From the IMG/VR virus record IMGVR_UViG_3300045988_181101: 64,000 bases of DNA; one strand, written 5' to 3'. The number at the start of each line of letters is the position of its first letter. Position 1 is the first letter of the stretch. Origin of the DNA: a virus. A program made the translations under genes and the position numbers. Below the pieces are notes generated by a model. That model made no database searches. It was given only the letters and a program-made list of their open reading frames with translations, and was not told the DNA's origin. Shown here one piece after another: positions 53,631 to 63,441 of the stretch.

Positions 53631-53894
53631 TTAATACGTTAATTTAAACCTTCTTTTAATTTCATCTTTATTAGAAATATTGTAGATCAAACAATAATCT
53701 TTTTTCTTCATCTGACAAAATTGAACAGGACCTTTATAAATACATTTTCCATCAAGAAATAATCTCATAATTTTTTCACCATTAATATTTTTATTACGTG
53801 AAGCCTTTTTAATAATTTCTTTTGGAACTTTATCATCTATCCAACCGTTTTTGTGATAGATAAAATCTTTCAAATTAGGAGATAGTTCTTTCAT
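53631..53894 (-). CDS. hypothetical protein
   Basis: 87-aa ORF. Confidence 0.6.
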   Translation of the reverse strand: MKELSPNLKDFIYHKNGWIDDKVPKEIIKKASRNKNINGEKIMRLFLDGKCIYKGPVQFCQMKKKDYCLIYNISNKDEIKRRFKLTY

Positions 53895-54192
53895 AATAAA
53901 TATAATGTCCTGTAGGAGAGTTTTTACGATATTCGTATTCTTTAACTTCTTGTTCGTCTAAAGCATTCATTATAATATCAATAATTTCATCTTCTTTACC
54001 TTGTGGTACTTCAATTGAAATCTTCTCTTTTCTCTTCTTACTTTCAATAGTTAAATTAACAGTAGAGGTTTGATTTTTAAGTTCTGCCTTCTCTTTGATT
54101 TTTAAACATTCTTTCTCAAATTGATCTAATTTTGATCTTTGTTCTTCAATCCACTTTAATTGCTCTTCAACTAATTTAATTTCTTTTGCCAT
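53875..54192 (-). CDS. coiled-coil hypothetical protein
   Basis: 105-aa ORF with a promoter-like box at 54219-54227. Confidence 0.6.
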   Translation of the reverse strand: MAKEIKLVEEQLKWIEEQRSKLDQFEKECLKIKEKAELKNQTSTVNLTIESKKRKEKISIEVPQGKEDEIIDIIMNALDEQEVKEYEYRKNSPTGHYIYYERTIS

Positions 54193-54218
54193 AATTGTAA
54201 TGTTTTTAATTGTTTATC

Positions 54219-54227
54219 TAAAGATAG
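54219..54227 (-). promoter_or_regulatory. -7-like box CTATCTTTA
   Basis: TATCTTTAG lies about 27 nt upstream of the ATG at 54192. No clean TTG is present at -33. Confidence 0.35.
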
Positions 54228-54287
54228 GACTAATTCATAATAAACACTACTATTAGGTCCATACGAATTAGTCCTATTGAGACACAG

Positions 54288-56615
54288 TTATCTTAATTCA
54301 CATGCTCCTCCACTGCAAGCTGTAGCTACATTCTCACCTACATTCTTATATTCTTGTTCCCATTGAACATTCTCCCAATCAACAGGTTTTTGATTTTTAA
54401 TTTTCTGCCATTGATGGAATATATTGACATGCTTCAAACAACAAGAACACTTTTTATCATCACCATTAAAATGATTTTTAGAGAATTTCTTGAATCTACG
54501 TACCCAATCATTTCTAAGTTCTACTTTATGTTGTAAATGAGATGAAATTGCATTTACATCACTAACATAAAGTCCATCTATATTGACAAGAAGTTTACCA
54601 TCTTTCATATGTTTCTTAATAAAAGAAAGTAAATACTCATCAGTATAAGTAAGTAAATCATCTGCCTTACCTGTAGCTGCATTGCATGCTGTCCATATGT
54701 CACCAAATACTTGTAATCCATCTACAATAAGACCTGATGAGAGTATTGCGCCTTGTCCATAAGTTTCAGCTAATTCTTTTTCATTAAGATAAGAAGTATA
54801 AGGAGCTTGAGGATAATCAAGATCACCTGTTTCAGGCAAAAAACTTAATCCACAAAATCCTTCTCTGTGTTCCCAAATCCAATCAGCAATTTCCTTCCAT
54901 TCATTATCTCTAACAGAAACTGTGCAACTTATATTATGATGATATTTAGGTTTAAGAATAGATGAAGGATGTTCTTTATTAGTGCCTTCCATTATCCAAC
55001 CTTTTTCAGTAGTATAAATCCTATAAAGAAAATCAAGAGTACTAAAATCTGTACGAACCATTGTTTTATCATCAAGTTCAATGGGAAATGATAAAACAGT
55101 TTCGTTCTTTTTATTCCAAAAAGAAGGATTAGAAATTTCAGAATTTACTTTTAAAATCTCTTTTAATGCTTGTTCATTGTTATTTGCTTGAATATTACGA
55201 ATATACTTTCTAAAATGATAAGCATGAATACCAGATCCACAACCAAGTAATTGTGAAGCATTTCCTGAAGGTTTAATTACAGTTGTACGTGCAGCTTCAT
55301 TTATTCCAAGTATGTTAGCAACTTCTTTATTAGTTTCTTTGACAATTCGTGCACCATTTATTTGAATTCTTTCGTTAAACAAAATTCGAGGATTATCTGC
55401 CATGCCTGTAATACCTACACCAAGCAAAGCATCACGTTCCATAATCTTTTTTGTTGCTTCTGAAAGTAGAGGAAGATTTTCAGTATATGCTGCTTGAAAT
55501 GTTCCTAATATAGCTGCTGTACGACATGCTTTATAAAAATCCTGCTCGGTTTCAATTTTCTTTCCATTGATTTCACATAAATTACAAAAGGACCATCCGT
55601 ATTCTTTACTACCGTCAGAATTTATGTACATTGGATATAATAATGCTTCTGCACAAGGATTTATAACTGCTTCAGTATCAGGCATAAATAACAATCCAGG
55701 TTCTCCATATTGTTGAATATATTCAAAAATTTTGTCATATTTTTCCTTTGGAGTATCTTCATAAATAGCTACAGAATTATTGCATCTACATAATTCAGGA
55801 TAAGTTAAGAACCAATCTCCTGTTTTACATTGCAACATTTCTTCATCATCTATATCAAATATAGAGATCATTGCACTTCTTCTAATACCACCACTTATAA
55901 CAGCGTCTGCAATTATACACGATATTAAATGAAGTTCAAATGGTCTTAATTTTCTACCTTTTGCTTTACTTAGAATCTTCCGTAATTTATTATGACAAAT
56001 TTTTAATGGCTCAGGACCTGGAGCTTTAAATCCGCCTGACACAAAAGCACCTTCAGGTCTTATCTGTGAATAATCAAATTCAATATCCGGACATCCTTTA
56101 TAATATGCTTCAATTAAATCTCCCACAGAATTTGCCCATCCTTCAATTGAATCTTCTATTATAGAATAAATTTTAGGGATATCATTTGCAACTCCTTTAA
56201 TAATAGGAAGTTGTTCTATATGAACTTTTTGAACTGAAAATCCAGTACCACACCCACTTAATAAGAGTTCCATTAACTCTTTAAAGAATTCAATTCTATT
56301 ACAATAACTTCCTGAACAATTAAAAGACCTAAAATTATTTTTCAATAATTGTGGTCCTCCATATTGAAGAGATCTTTGAGAACCAAGAATTTCTTGATTA
56401 TTATATGATACCCAAGCTTCTTGGAAAACTTTGTTAAATGCATCTTTATTTTCTTCTTTGATCTTACCATCAAAAAATTGATAATGCATTTCCATTACTC
56501 TACTTACTGCTTCTTCCCAAGTCTCTTTTTTACCATCAGGCTTAACACGAGAATATTTACTGTAAAAAATATAGTCAGAAATTATATCCCGACTATCTAC
56601 ACGTTCATTACTCAT
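54288..56615 (-). CDS. class II (adenosylcobalamin-dependent) ribonucleotide reductase, monomeric RTPR-like
   Basis: 775 aa. The N-terminal YSKYSRVKPDGKKETWEEAVSRVMEMH is RTPR-like. The active-site loop is INPCAEALL and the C-terminal redox pair is CSGGACELR. No glycyl-radical motif is present. Confidence 0.7.
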   Translation of the reverse strand: MSNERVDSRDIISDYIFYSKYSRVKPDGKKETWEEAVSRVMEMHYQFFDGKIKEENKDAFNKVFQEAWVSYNNQEILGSQRSLQYGGPQLLKNNFRSFNCSGSYCNRIEFFKELMELLLSGCGTGFSVQKVHIEQLPIIKGVANDIPKIYSIIEDSIEGWANSVGDLIEAYYKGCPDIEFDYSQIRPEGAFVSGGFKAPGPEPLKICHNKLRKILSKAKGRKLRPFELHLISCIIADAVISGGIRRSAMISIFDIDDEEMLQCKTGDWFLTYPELCRCNNSVAIYEDTPKEKYDKIFEYIQQYGEPGLLFMPDTEAVINPCAEALLYPMYINSDGSKEYGWSFCNLCEINGKKIETEQDFYKACRTAAILGTFQAAYTENLPLLSEATKKIMERDALLGVGITGMADNPRILFNERIQINGARIVKETNKEVANILGINEAARTTVIKPSGNASQLLGCGSGIHAYHFRKYIRNIQANNNEQALKEILKVNSEISNPSFWNKKNETVLSFPIELDDKTMVRTDFSTLDFLYRIYTTEKGWIMEGTNKEHPSSILKPKYHHNISCTVSVRDNEWKEIADWIWEHREGFCGLSFLPETGDLDYPQAPYTSYLNEKELAETYGQGAILSSGLIVDGLQVFGDIWTACNAATGKADDLLTYTDEYLLSFIKKHMKDGKLLVNIDGLYVSDVNAISSHLQHKVELRNDWVRRFKKFSKNHFNGDDKKCSCCLKHVNIFHQWQKIKNQKPVDWENVQWEQEYKNVGENVATACSGGACELR

Positions 56616-56639
56616 TATAACTTACTTAAAAATTTAACA

Positions 56640-57014
56640 TTAATCTTCAATTGTAGGTTGTATTATACAGATTGGTAATGCAGGGTATTGAAATACAAGA
56701 GGAATTCTTTCTCTATCAACACCTTGTCCACCTTTAAATGCAACCTTAGCAATTATCGTGTTAAATATACTCTTTTTTATTGTAAGATATAGAGGTTCAG
56801 GTTTATAATTTTCGTCTTTTTGCACTTTTATTTTTTGAATTTGTAAGTGTGTTTGTAATGCTTCTTCACTTGGTATAAATTCTTCCAATTCTTTTATCTT
56901 ATTAGCGTTTACAAGCGTTACATTACTTAACACTTTTTCACCATAATTTTTATAAGTGTATATAGGTATATACATTTTTGGTTTTTTCATTTTTCTTAAT
57001 TTTATATTAAACAA
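56640..57014 (-). CDS. hypothetical protein
   Basis: 124-aa ORF that overlaps the helicase gene by 13 nt. Confidence 0.65.
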   Translation of the reverse strand: MFNIKLRKMKKPKMYIPIYTYKNYGEKVLSNVTLVNANKIKELEEFIPSEEALQTHLQIQKIKVQKDENYKPEPLYLTIKKSIFNTIIAKVAFKGGQGVDRERIPLVFQYPALPICIIQPTIED

Positions 57015-58471
57015 TAAATTAACTCATTTCTCGCTCTTGTAATAGCTACAAATTTCAAACAATATTCACTATAAAGAGCTTCTTGTGATATTGCATATTG
57101 ACTTGGAATCAAATTAGGATTTAAAAAGAATACTCTATCAGCTTCTAATCCTTTTGATTTGTGAATTGTACTTAAAATAATACCGTCAGTATCTTCATCT
57201 GTATAAATCTTTAAAACATGTTCTTTCAATTTATTTACATCCTTCCAAATAGAATATAATCTCATTATAATAGCACATTTTTCAAGCAAATTAACATAAG
57301 ATGGATTATTAATTGCAATATTATGAGGAATGCCTTTATCAAGTAACGATTGAAGTTTTTCTTCTTTAAGAATTTCAAGATCGTCTATATACTTGATCTT
57401 TTCTAAAAGTCTACATAAAGATTCTCCAAAATCTCTTCCCTTAATACTTGATCTTTTACCAAGCTCCAATAACTTAATAAATACTTCTATTAAAGGTAAA
57501 TTATTTCTACATAAAATAAAGTCACCATTTTGTGCTTCTTCAAAATCACCGTTTCTTACTATACCTTCTTTAGCATTAGGTGCAGCTACGATTCCACTTG
57601 AAAAAACTTTCTGTGCTTCTTCTACAATCTTCTTAGAACATCTATAAGTAATATCGAGAGGTAAGGTTGTTGTGTTAGGAAGTTGTTGAAGTAATCTAAA
57701 ATTTGTTACACTGGACCCTGAAAATTGGTAAATGCACTGTTTTTCGTCGCCCACGGAAATTAATCTGCCAAATTTTGGTTTTATAAATCTTAAAGTCAAT
57801 TCTCTTTGAAGAACATTTTGATCCTGTGTTTCATCTATAAACACAACATCATATTTAGGAAAATCATCTTCGTCTAATAAAATATAAGGTAAATAAAGCA
57901 TATCGGTGAAATCCATTTGAAATTCTTTATTACTGTCAATCAACTTAGAATTCTTATGCCAATAATATTCTATATCCTTAATATCTTGTATCATTCTATC
58001 ATAGAAATCAAAGTCTTTATCTAAACAGATGTTTTGTATATCGTTTTCATAATCTACAAGTAAATTAATTCTTATTTGATTCCATATTTCTTGTAAAGAA
58101 AAGATATACCTCGTTTGTTGATTGAAAGGAACTTCGTCTTCTTTATCAAACTTCAAAATCTTTTTACAAAGTTGAAAACATTTATTTTCATTTATCTTCA
58201 ATTGAAATTTAAAGTTAGAATATAATGTTCTCAATCCTTTTGAATGAAAAGTGCTAACATCAATTCTATCAGGAACTTTTGTTTTTAATTCTTCAGCAAT
58301 ACTTTTGTTAAAAGCCATAAATAAAACTTTTTTTGTAGGTGAAGTTCTTCTACAACATTCAATAATAGTAGCCGATTTCCCTGCTCCGGCTGTAGCACTA
58401 ATCATTATATTATTCCGAGTCCTTTCGTATTCATCAAAAATAGCTTCTTGTCTATCACTCCATTTTACCAT
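57002..58471 (-). CDS. UvrD/PcrA-type SF1 DNA helicase
   Basis: Walker A ISATAGAGKSATI, motif II VFIDETQDQN and motif VI STIHKSKGLEADRVF. Confidence 0.85.
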   Translation of the reverse strand: MVKWSDRQEAIFDEYERTRNNIMISATAGAGKSATIIECCRRTSPTKKVLFMAFNKSIAEELKTKVPDRIDVSTFHSKGLRTLYSNFKFQLKINENKCFQLCKKILKFDKEDEVPFNQQTRYIFSLQEIWNQIRINLLVDYENDIQNICLDKDFDFYDRMIQDIKDIEYYWHKNSKLIDSNKEFQMDFTDMLYLPYILLDEDDFPKYDVVFIDETQDQNVLQRELTLRFIKPKFGRLISVGDEKQCIYQFSGSSVTNFRLLQQLPNTTTLPLDITYRCSKKIVEEAQKVFSSGIVAAPNAKEGIVRNGDFEEAQNGDFILCRNNLPLIEVFIKLLELGKRSSIKGRDFGESLCRLLEKIKYIDDLEILKEEKLQSLLDKGIPHNIAINNPSYVNLLEKCAIIMRLYSIWKDVNKLKEHVLKIYTDEDTDGIILSTIHKSKGLEADRVFFLNPNLIPSQYAISQEALYSEYCLKFVAITRARNELIYCLI

Positions 58472-58477
58472 AATTAT

Positions 58478-58954
58478 TTAATTTTTAATATCTTCTTTGT
58501 AATTATCAAATTGTTTATAGTCAGCAAGTAAATCTGCAACAGCATTACCAAACACAATAGGATCATCTAAATTCTTTCCATGTCCTGGAGTCCAATTTAT
58601 TCTTATTCGCACTTTTTTATCAAGTCTCTGTAGCTCATTATAAACTTCTCTCCATAAATCTTGATTTTCAATATCTTCAAAATCTTTAGAAGCAATATCA
58701 ATAATTGTTCTCATACCATTGACAACATATTGACTATCACTCCATATTGTAACAAGAAGAGGTTTTTCATTATTCAAAGATTTTAATGCTAAAAGAATTG
58801 CTCTAAGTTCACATCTACTTATGGTCGTATTCTCATAACCTTCCTGAATAAAATATTCGTTACCATTCCATTGTATATAAACTCCTGAACCTCCTTTACG
58901 AAGTTTCCAATAACAACTACCGTCACAAAAGATTGTCACTTGCTCTCTTTTCAT
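58478..58954 (-). CDS. rnhA: ribonuclease HI
   Basis: VTIFCDGSC...GGSGVYI, ELRAILLALKSL, IWSDSQYVVNG and WTPGHGKN...NAVADLLA. The start is set at MKREQ (ATG 58952-58954). Confidence 0.85.
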   Translation of the reverse strand: MKREQVTIFCDGSCYWKLRKGGSGVYIQWNGNEYFIQEGYENTTISRCELRAILLALKSLNNEKPLLVTIWSDSQYVVNGMRTIIDIASKDFEDIENQDLWREVYNELQRLDKKVRIRINWTPGHGKNLDDPIVFGNAVADLLADYKQFDNYKEDIKN

Positions 58955-58957
58955 ACT

Positions 58958-58966
58958 TAAAGATAC
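58958..58966 (-). promoter_or_regulatory. -7 box GTATCTTTA with TTG 22 nt upstream, almost abutting the RNase H ATG
   Basis: The minus strand reads AAATTG-N22-TATCTTTAAGTATG. Confidence 0.4.
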
Positions 58967-58991
58967 CAATTATTTATCTTCTAATATCAAT

Positions 58992-60686
58992 TTAGTTACT
59001 CTTATAAGATTTAAGAAGTTCCATATCTATCGATTGTATTTTATCAATATTATCAATAGATGTTCCTTTATTTACAGCATTTATAACTTTAGATTTTTCT
59101 TTAAAAATTTCACCTATACGAGTATCAATAGTTTCATCAGATAAAAGAAAATACACATTAATACTATTTTTTTGTCCCATTCTTTCTAAACGTGAAATTG
59201 CTTGTTCTAAATCAGTAGGACCTACAGGATATTCTATAAAAATCATATTACTACAAACCTTTTGTAAACCATCTACACCTGTAGATAATGTTGCAGTGTT
59301 TGCAAATAATATTTGTTTCTTTTCTTTCCATCTTTCTACTTTATTCATCTTATCTTCAGTAGTGCTTTCACCAATAACAAGTTCACTTTCATCTTTAAAC
59401 TTTTGATGTAATTGTTTTAGAGGTTCTTTTAATGTACCAAACACTATGATCTTATCATCTTCGTTACTTTCGATCCAATCTTTCAAAAATTGTTCTATAA
59501 AATTCAACTTACCTTCTAAAGACAATCTTTTCAAATTAGAAATTTTAACAAGATGTTCAGCTTTTAAAGCTCTTTCTGCAGCATCTATATCTATACCTTC
59601 AAGATATTTAATCAAATCGTTTTCAGCTTGTTTATATTCTTTTTTATTTGTAATTGAACAATTTACAGTTTGATTAATTACATCAGGCAATTCTATCAAC
59701 ACATCTCTTTTACTCTTCCTAAAATAACAATAATGAGAAATTATTGAATTCAATTCTAAAGTATAAGAAGCTCCTGAACAATCCAATCCAAATCTCGTTT
59801 TCTTAGCATTACAATATCTATATAAAAAATAGTGTAGACTTGGAAATATCTCCTTAAATCTTCCTAATATATCAAGTACATTTATTAGCTCTTGAGGTCT
59901 ATTCATTATCAAAGTGCCACTTAAAGCCAAAACCTTCGTAGATTTTTTCACAATCTTTTTGACACTTCTTGATCTCAAAGACTTTGGATTTTTACATAAA
60001 TGTATTTCATCTAAAATGACAGTACCCCATTTTTTAGATAGACTTCTTGAATATCTTAGTTTAATTTCCTCTTTTGAACTTCCCCTTTTATAAAGATAAT
60101 CGTAATTTATAATTGTCACATCTGCTTTCCAATCTGTATTCTCACCATCTTTAGAATCTATAACATGAATCGTTCTATTAGGGTTCCATTGTTTCCATTC
60201 TTTCAACCAACTTGATTTAACTGATGAAGGACATATTACTAAACAAGGAAATAAATCTAATACTTCTACATACAAAATACTTTGCATAGTTTTGCCAGTT
60301 CCACATTCGCAACCGTTGATACAGTTACCATGATTGATCATATAAGTAATACCTTCTATTTGATAATCTCTTGGTTTCATAGGAAAATCAAGATATTCTA
60401 TCATTTCTCGAAGAAGATCTTCATCTATCGCTTTAGGTTTTTTCTTCAATTCGATTTCGCATGGCAACACAACTTTTTTATTTTCAAATCTGTTTGATTC
60501 TAAAAACATTTTTAATTTATAAGAATCATCTAACCCTATTTGAAAATACCATTCTTTTGTTGCTATATTGTATTTTGCCTTGAATTCTTTTTTCATCATA
60601 TCGATAAAATATCTATTATATTCAAAGCCTACATATATCCAATCTTTCTCTCTGTACCAATATCTCATATTATTATTAAATATCAA
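58992..60686 (-). CDS. SNF2-family helicase/translocase
   Basis: DYQIEGITYM...CECGTGKTMQS (motif I), VILDEIHLCKN (DExH) and C-terminal helicase motifs (QAISRLERMGQ). Confidence 0.85.
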   Translation of the reverse strand: MIFNNNMRYWYREKDWIYVGFEYNRYFIDMMKKEFKAKYNIATKEWYFQIGLDDSYKLKMFLESNRFENKKVVLPCEIELKKKPKAIDEDLLREMIEYLDFPMKPRDYQIEGITYMINHGNCINGCECGTGKTMQSILYVEVLDLFPCLVICPSSVKSSWLKEWKQWNPNRTIHVIDSKDGENTDWKADVTIINYDYLYKRGSSKEEIKLRYSRSLSKKWGTVILDEIHLCKNPKSLRSRSVKKIVKKSTKVLALSGTLIMNRPQELINVLDILGRFKEIFPSLHYFLYRYCNAKKTRFGLDCSGASYTLELNSIISHYCYFRKSKRDVLIELPDVINQTVNCSITNKKEYKQAENDLIKYLEGIDIDAAERALKAEHLVKISNLKRLSLEGKLNFIEQFLKDWIESNEDDKIIVFGTLKEPLKQLHQKFKDESELVIGESTTEDKMNKVERWKEKKQILFANTATLSTGVDGLQKVCSNMIFIEYPVGPTDLEQAISRLERMGQKNSINVYFLLSDETIDTRIGEIFKEKSKVINAVNKGTSIDNIDKIQSIDMELLKSYKSN

Positions 60687-60746
60687 ATGGAGGAATCTTA
60701 TTTCGCAATAAAGTTCCTCCTAACTTTTAAACAAAACTAAATTTGG

Positions 60747-62669
60747 CTACATTAAAAACTTTTCTTTAAATTCTTGAAGTGTAAAAATAGGTATACCTAA
60801 TTGTTCAGCTTTACTTTCTTTTGTAGATCCACTATTCTTGATTTTAGTCACTACACAAGAAGTTTTTTTACTTACAGACGATCCTATTTTATGACCTTTA
60901 TCAGTTAATTGTTTTTCAAGATTCTTATCTCTAAATCCTGTAAAGACAACTGTCATTTGACCTTCAAAAGTCCTTTCTTCTTGACCATAATAAGTAATAG
61001 GAATATCAATATCATTATTCATCCACCAATCTACAACACCTTGAATAAACGAAATAGCTGTAGAAACACCTACACCTTCAATATTTTTTTCAATATCTAA
61101 AGCCCAACTTTCATCGCATTCTTTTGCAAAAGAAGATATTTCTTTGTAGGAATATAATTTTAATCCATCAAGAATTTTCTGACACGTCTTTTCAGCGATT
61201 ACTCCATTAAATACATTGCAAGCTGTTAAAAACTTTGCAAAATTTGTACCTTTCTTCTTCAAATCTTCAAATTGCTTTGAAAGTACTTTAGCTGCAACAT
61301 TTCCTAATCCTTCAATCTTCTTCAAATCTTCTTCACTTAAATTGAGGATTTTAAAAGGAGTATCGTAACCAGCATTAAATAATTTTTTAATCGTAGGCTC
61401 TCTAAATTCCTTAAAGTCTAATACTGAGAAGAAATAAACACATTTAGCAAGTTTAATACCGTCACAATTTGCATTTTTACAAATCAAATCAACCTTATTT
61501 TCATCCCAACATAATTCTTTTCCACATAAAGGACATATAGAAGGCACTTTAGGATAAAGATTATTACTGTGAATAGTCTTTAAATGTTTAGGTATAACAT
61601 CACCTGATCTACATATTATTACACGAGCATCTTTGATTATATTATTATTAACTATATATCGAGCATTATATGCAGTACAACGAGACACTGTAGCACCACA
61701 TAGATCTATAGGTTCAATGTTTACAACAGGAGCAAGTCGTCCATCTTTAGAAATTTGCCAATCTACACTTTTAACAACTGTTTCTTCTCTTTCTGACCAA
61801 TCAGGATTTTTATAAGCAATAGCGTATCTTGGATTATTATTAGGTAATCGACCAAGTTCTGCTCTTAAATTCGAATCATTAACGTCTATAACAAGACCAT
61901 CACATTTATATCCACGTGTTAAATCTTCGAATAATTTATTCATCAAATTTATAAAAGATTCTTCAGATGTAACCAACGAACCTACTGTTGTTGAAGCATA
62001 TTGAACTTGCGAACTTGGTATAGTTGCTTCGTTTAAAAAATCAAGTTGTTTTTGTTTTGACCAATCTTCTCTATCACATCCATAACGTACATATGTAACG
62101 TGTGATAATATAGGATTGACTTCTGATGAATTAATTAAACCTGCAACTGCATTACGAGCTGATTTATATCCAGCGTCTTCTTTAATTTTTAAGAAATCAG
62201 TCGTTTTAAATATAGCTTCACCGAATGTGATTTCTATTTGATCAAAATCTTTCGGTTCCCATTGACTTCCTTTTATAAGTTTATAATGTTCGGAACAATC
62301 TTGACCATATTCACCATCACCTCTCGTTAAAGCATGACCTACAACATCATTAACACATAATGAAATACCATCATATTTAGGGGTTATAATCAGTTTATCA
62401 GAAAGTTTAAGATTACATGATTCAATCCATCTTTTAATTTCTTCATACGTTTTAACCTTTTCTAAACTGTACATAGGAAGATGTAATTTTTGTTTCCTTC
62501 CTTTAACTTTGTCTTGAACACCTTTTTTAAACCAATCATTATTAGGATCTATTTTATGTAAAACATCGATTAATTCATCGTATTCAGAATCTGTCATAAT
62601 TGGATTACCCCTACGATAAGCATCATTTGCTTTTCTTATTTCACTTACTCTTTCTTCTATAGATTTCAT
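60747..62669 (-). CDS. ligA: NAD-dependent DNA ligase
   Basis: ANDAYRRGNPIMTDSEYDELI, adenylation motif PKYDGISL, zinc finger CPLCGKELCWDENKVDLICKNANC, HhH region and C-terminal BRCT (MTVVFTGF). Confidence 0.9.
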   Translation of the reverse strand: MKSIEERVSEIRKANDAYRRGNPIMTDSEYDELIDVLHKIDPNNDWFKKGVQDKVKGRKQKLHLPMYSLEKVKTYEEIKRWIESCNLKLSDKLIITPKYDGISLCVNDVVGHALTRGDGEYGQDCSEHYKLIKGSQWEPKDFDQIEITFGEAIFKTTDFLKIKEDAGYKSARNAVAGLINSSEVNPILSHVTYVRYGCDREDWSKQKQLDFLNEATIPSSQVQYASTTVGSLVTSEESFINLMNKLFEDLTRGYKCDGLVIDVNDSNLRAELGRLPNNNPRYAIAYKNPDWSEREETVVKSVDWQISKDGRLAPVVNIEPIDLCGATVSRCTAYNARYIVNNNIIKDARVIICRSGDVIPKHLKTIHSNNLYPKVPSICPLCGKELCWDENKVDLICKNANCDGIKLAKCVYFFSVLDFKEFREPTIKKLFNAGYDTPFKILNLSEEDLKKIEGLGNVAAKVLSKQFEDLKKKGTNFAKFLTACNVFNGVIAEKTCQKILDGLKLYSYKEISSFAKECDESWALDIEKNIEGVGVSTAISFIQGVVDWWMNNDIDIPITYYGQEERTFEGQMTVVFTGFRDKNLEKQLTDKGHKIGSSVSKKTSCVVTKIKNSGSTKESKAEQLGIPIFTLQEFKEKFLM

Positions 62670-62683
62670 ATTTTTATTGTTTT

Positions 62684-62766
62684 TAATTGTCCTTTTTCAA
62701 TACCTAAAGATACTCCTTATTTTGGAGATAACAAACGTTTATCTCCAAAATAAGAACGAATTAAAG
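62684..62766 (-). promoter_or_regulatory. conserved promoter/stem-loop cassette, copy D (with 16-bp perfect hairpin 62716-62754)
   Basis: It has the same core as copies A-C. Here the -33 region is embedded in CTTATTTTGGAGATAA-CAAACGT-TTATCTCCAAAATAAG. Confidence 0.65.
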
Positions 62767-62776
62767 ACTTTTAAGA

Positions 62777-63118
62777 TTATTCACCGAAGAATTGTTTAGT
62801 CATTTGTTCTCTTTTGTATCTTATTTTATCTTCTACACCTTCCTTTTTAGCATTTTCCTTGTAACGTTTCTTTAATACTGATGCTTTATCTTCGTTACTT
62901 TTTGAATTAAAAGACATAAATGATATATTTATATCACCTTCATTTTTAGGAAGTTCCTCTCTATATCCCATTTGTTGTCCACAACATTTACAATAAGGAA
63001 TGTTTATAGGAACTGTACCATTTTCTGTATATTTAAATGTAGGATTTATTTCGAGAATCTCTTTTCCAAAATTTTTACATTTTTCGTTTTCACACTTCCA
63101 ATATAACATAATCTTCAA
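62777..63118 (-). CDS. zinc-ribbon hypothetical protein
   Basis: 113 aa with CENEKCKNFG...CKCCGQQ. Confidence 0.65.
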   Translation of the reverse strand: MKIMLYWKCENEKCKNFGKEILEINPTFKYTENGTVPINIPYCKCCGQQMGYREELPKNEGDINISFMSFNSKSNEDKASVLKKRYKENAKKEGVEDKIRYKREQMTKQFFGE

Positions 63119-63121
63119 TTT

Positions 63122-63430
63122 TTAATACTCATTCTTTTTATCAGAAATTAACCACATATAATTATCATGTCCAAATTTAAAATCCTTTTTTGAACGACCT
63201 TGAATTCTTTCTTCAAAAGAGATAGGATTCATCTGAGATATTTGAAAAACCATGTGTTCTGCAAGATCAGTCACATCTTGTGCCCCTCTAACTTCATTAA
63301 AGTACACATCACGAGTTTTTGGAGAAAAACTCTCAACAAGATAAACTTTTATTTTACCTAAAAAATCAATAACAAGAAATTGTTTCTTAGTCATTGCTAC
63401 TATAGTCCATAAATCATTTATATCTATCAT
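63122..63430 (-). CDS. hypothetical protein
   Basis: 102-aa ORF. Confidence 0.65.
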   Translation of the reverse strand: MIDINDLWTIVAMTKKQFLVIDFLGKIKVYLVESFSPKTRDVYFNEVRGAQDVTDLAEHMVFQISQMNPISFEERIQGRSKKDFKFGHDNYMWLISDKKNEY

Positions 63431-63441
63431 AACCTTATTAT

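Noticed and set aside
32611-62766. CRISPR array interpretation of the repeated ~85-bp element
   Set aside because: The four copies are 8-12 kb apart, each upstream of a gene, and they contain promoter elements. There is no regular repeat-spacer structure.
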